This document shows positions 63,951 to 64,000 of a DNA stretch of 64,000 bases, piece by piece. Under the pieces are notes generated by a model, which worked only from the letters and a program-made list of their open reading frames with translations, did no database searches and was not told where the DNA came from. Made by a program: the position numbers and the translations under genes. The stretch is taken from the NCBI GenBank assembly GCA_900088475.1, contig FLMG01002562.1, forward strand, positions 83,398 through 147,397, given 5' to 3'. The stretch comes from Hyphochytrium catenoides (Eukaryota; Protista; Hyphochytriomycota). Position 1 is the stretch's first letter. The number at the start of each line of letters is the position of its first letter.

Positions 63951-64000
63951 CTAGAGACCGCCCCGCGCGCGATGGTGCGCGCGGCCTTTCGGAGGAGGAA
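63951..64000 (-). mobile_element. Probable Helitron 3' terminus (element extends beyond the window)
   Basis: On the minus strand: 8-bp GC stem CCGCGCGC-ACCATC-GCGCGCGG (63984-63963), an 8-nt spacer, CTAG (63954-63951), then T. Confidence 0.55.

Noticed and set aside
1-64000. Non-canonical introns or an altered genetic code
   Set aside because: The junctions I reconstructed in TAF4, HLTF and Piezo are GT-AG, and TAA, TAG and TGA all serve as real stops.

Overview
Eukaryotic nuclear DNA from a compact, intron-rich protist genome (canonical GT-AG introns of about 50-400 bp, abundant (AG)n/(CT)n microsatellites, five N-gaps). A BBS6/MKKS gene suggests a flagellated cell; a stramenopile-like alga is my guess, by inference only. 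Hand-splicing supports about 13 genes: a TAF4-like protein with two TAZ zinc fingers (5' end outside the window), an intronless CaMK-type kinase, an uncharacterised GT-A-like protein, an ABHD4/5-family hydrolase, a degenerate calmodulin/centrin-like EF-hand protein, a small secreted 8-Cys protein, a Rad5/HLTF helicase-E3 ligase, an intronless bacterial-type DUF1707+LiaF/DUF2154 protein, a 16.5-kb Piezo channel gene, a FAM185A/DUF4097 protein, RBM34/Nop12, MKKS/BBS6 and a secreted alpha-carbonic anhydrase. Non-genic elements are an interstitial (TTAGGG)n tract, a MITE-like element and a probable Helitron 3' end at the right edge. Best leads: (1) Piezo with a fibronectin-III + PH module inserted in its cytoplasmic beam/latch region; (2) TAF4 fused to tandem CBP/p300-type TAZ domains; (3) an apparently horizontally acquired DUF1707-LiaF gene inside a gene-poor island; (4) an orphan Cys-rich secreted peptide. 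Domain calls come from motif recognition by eye; no database searches were run.
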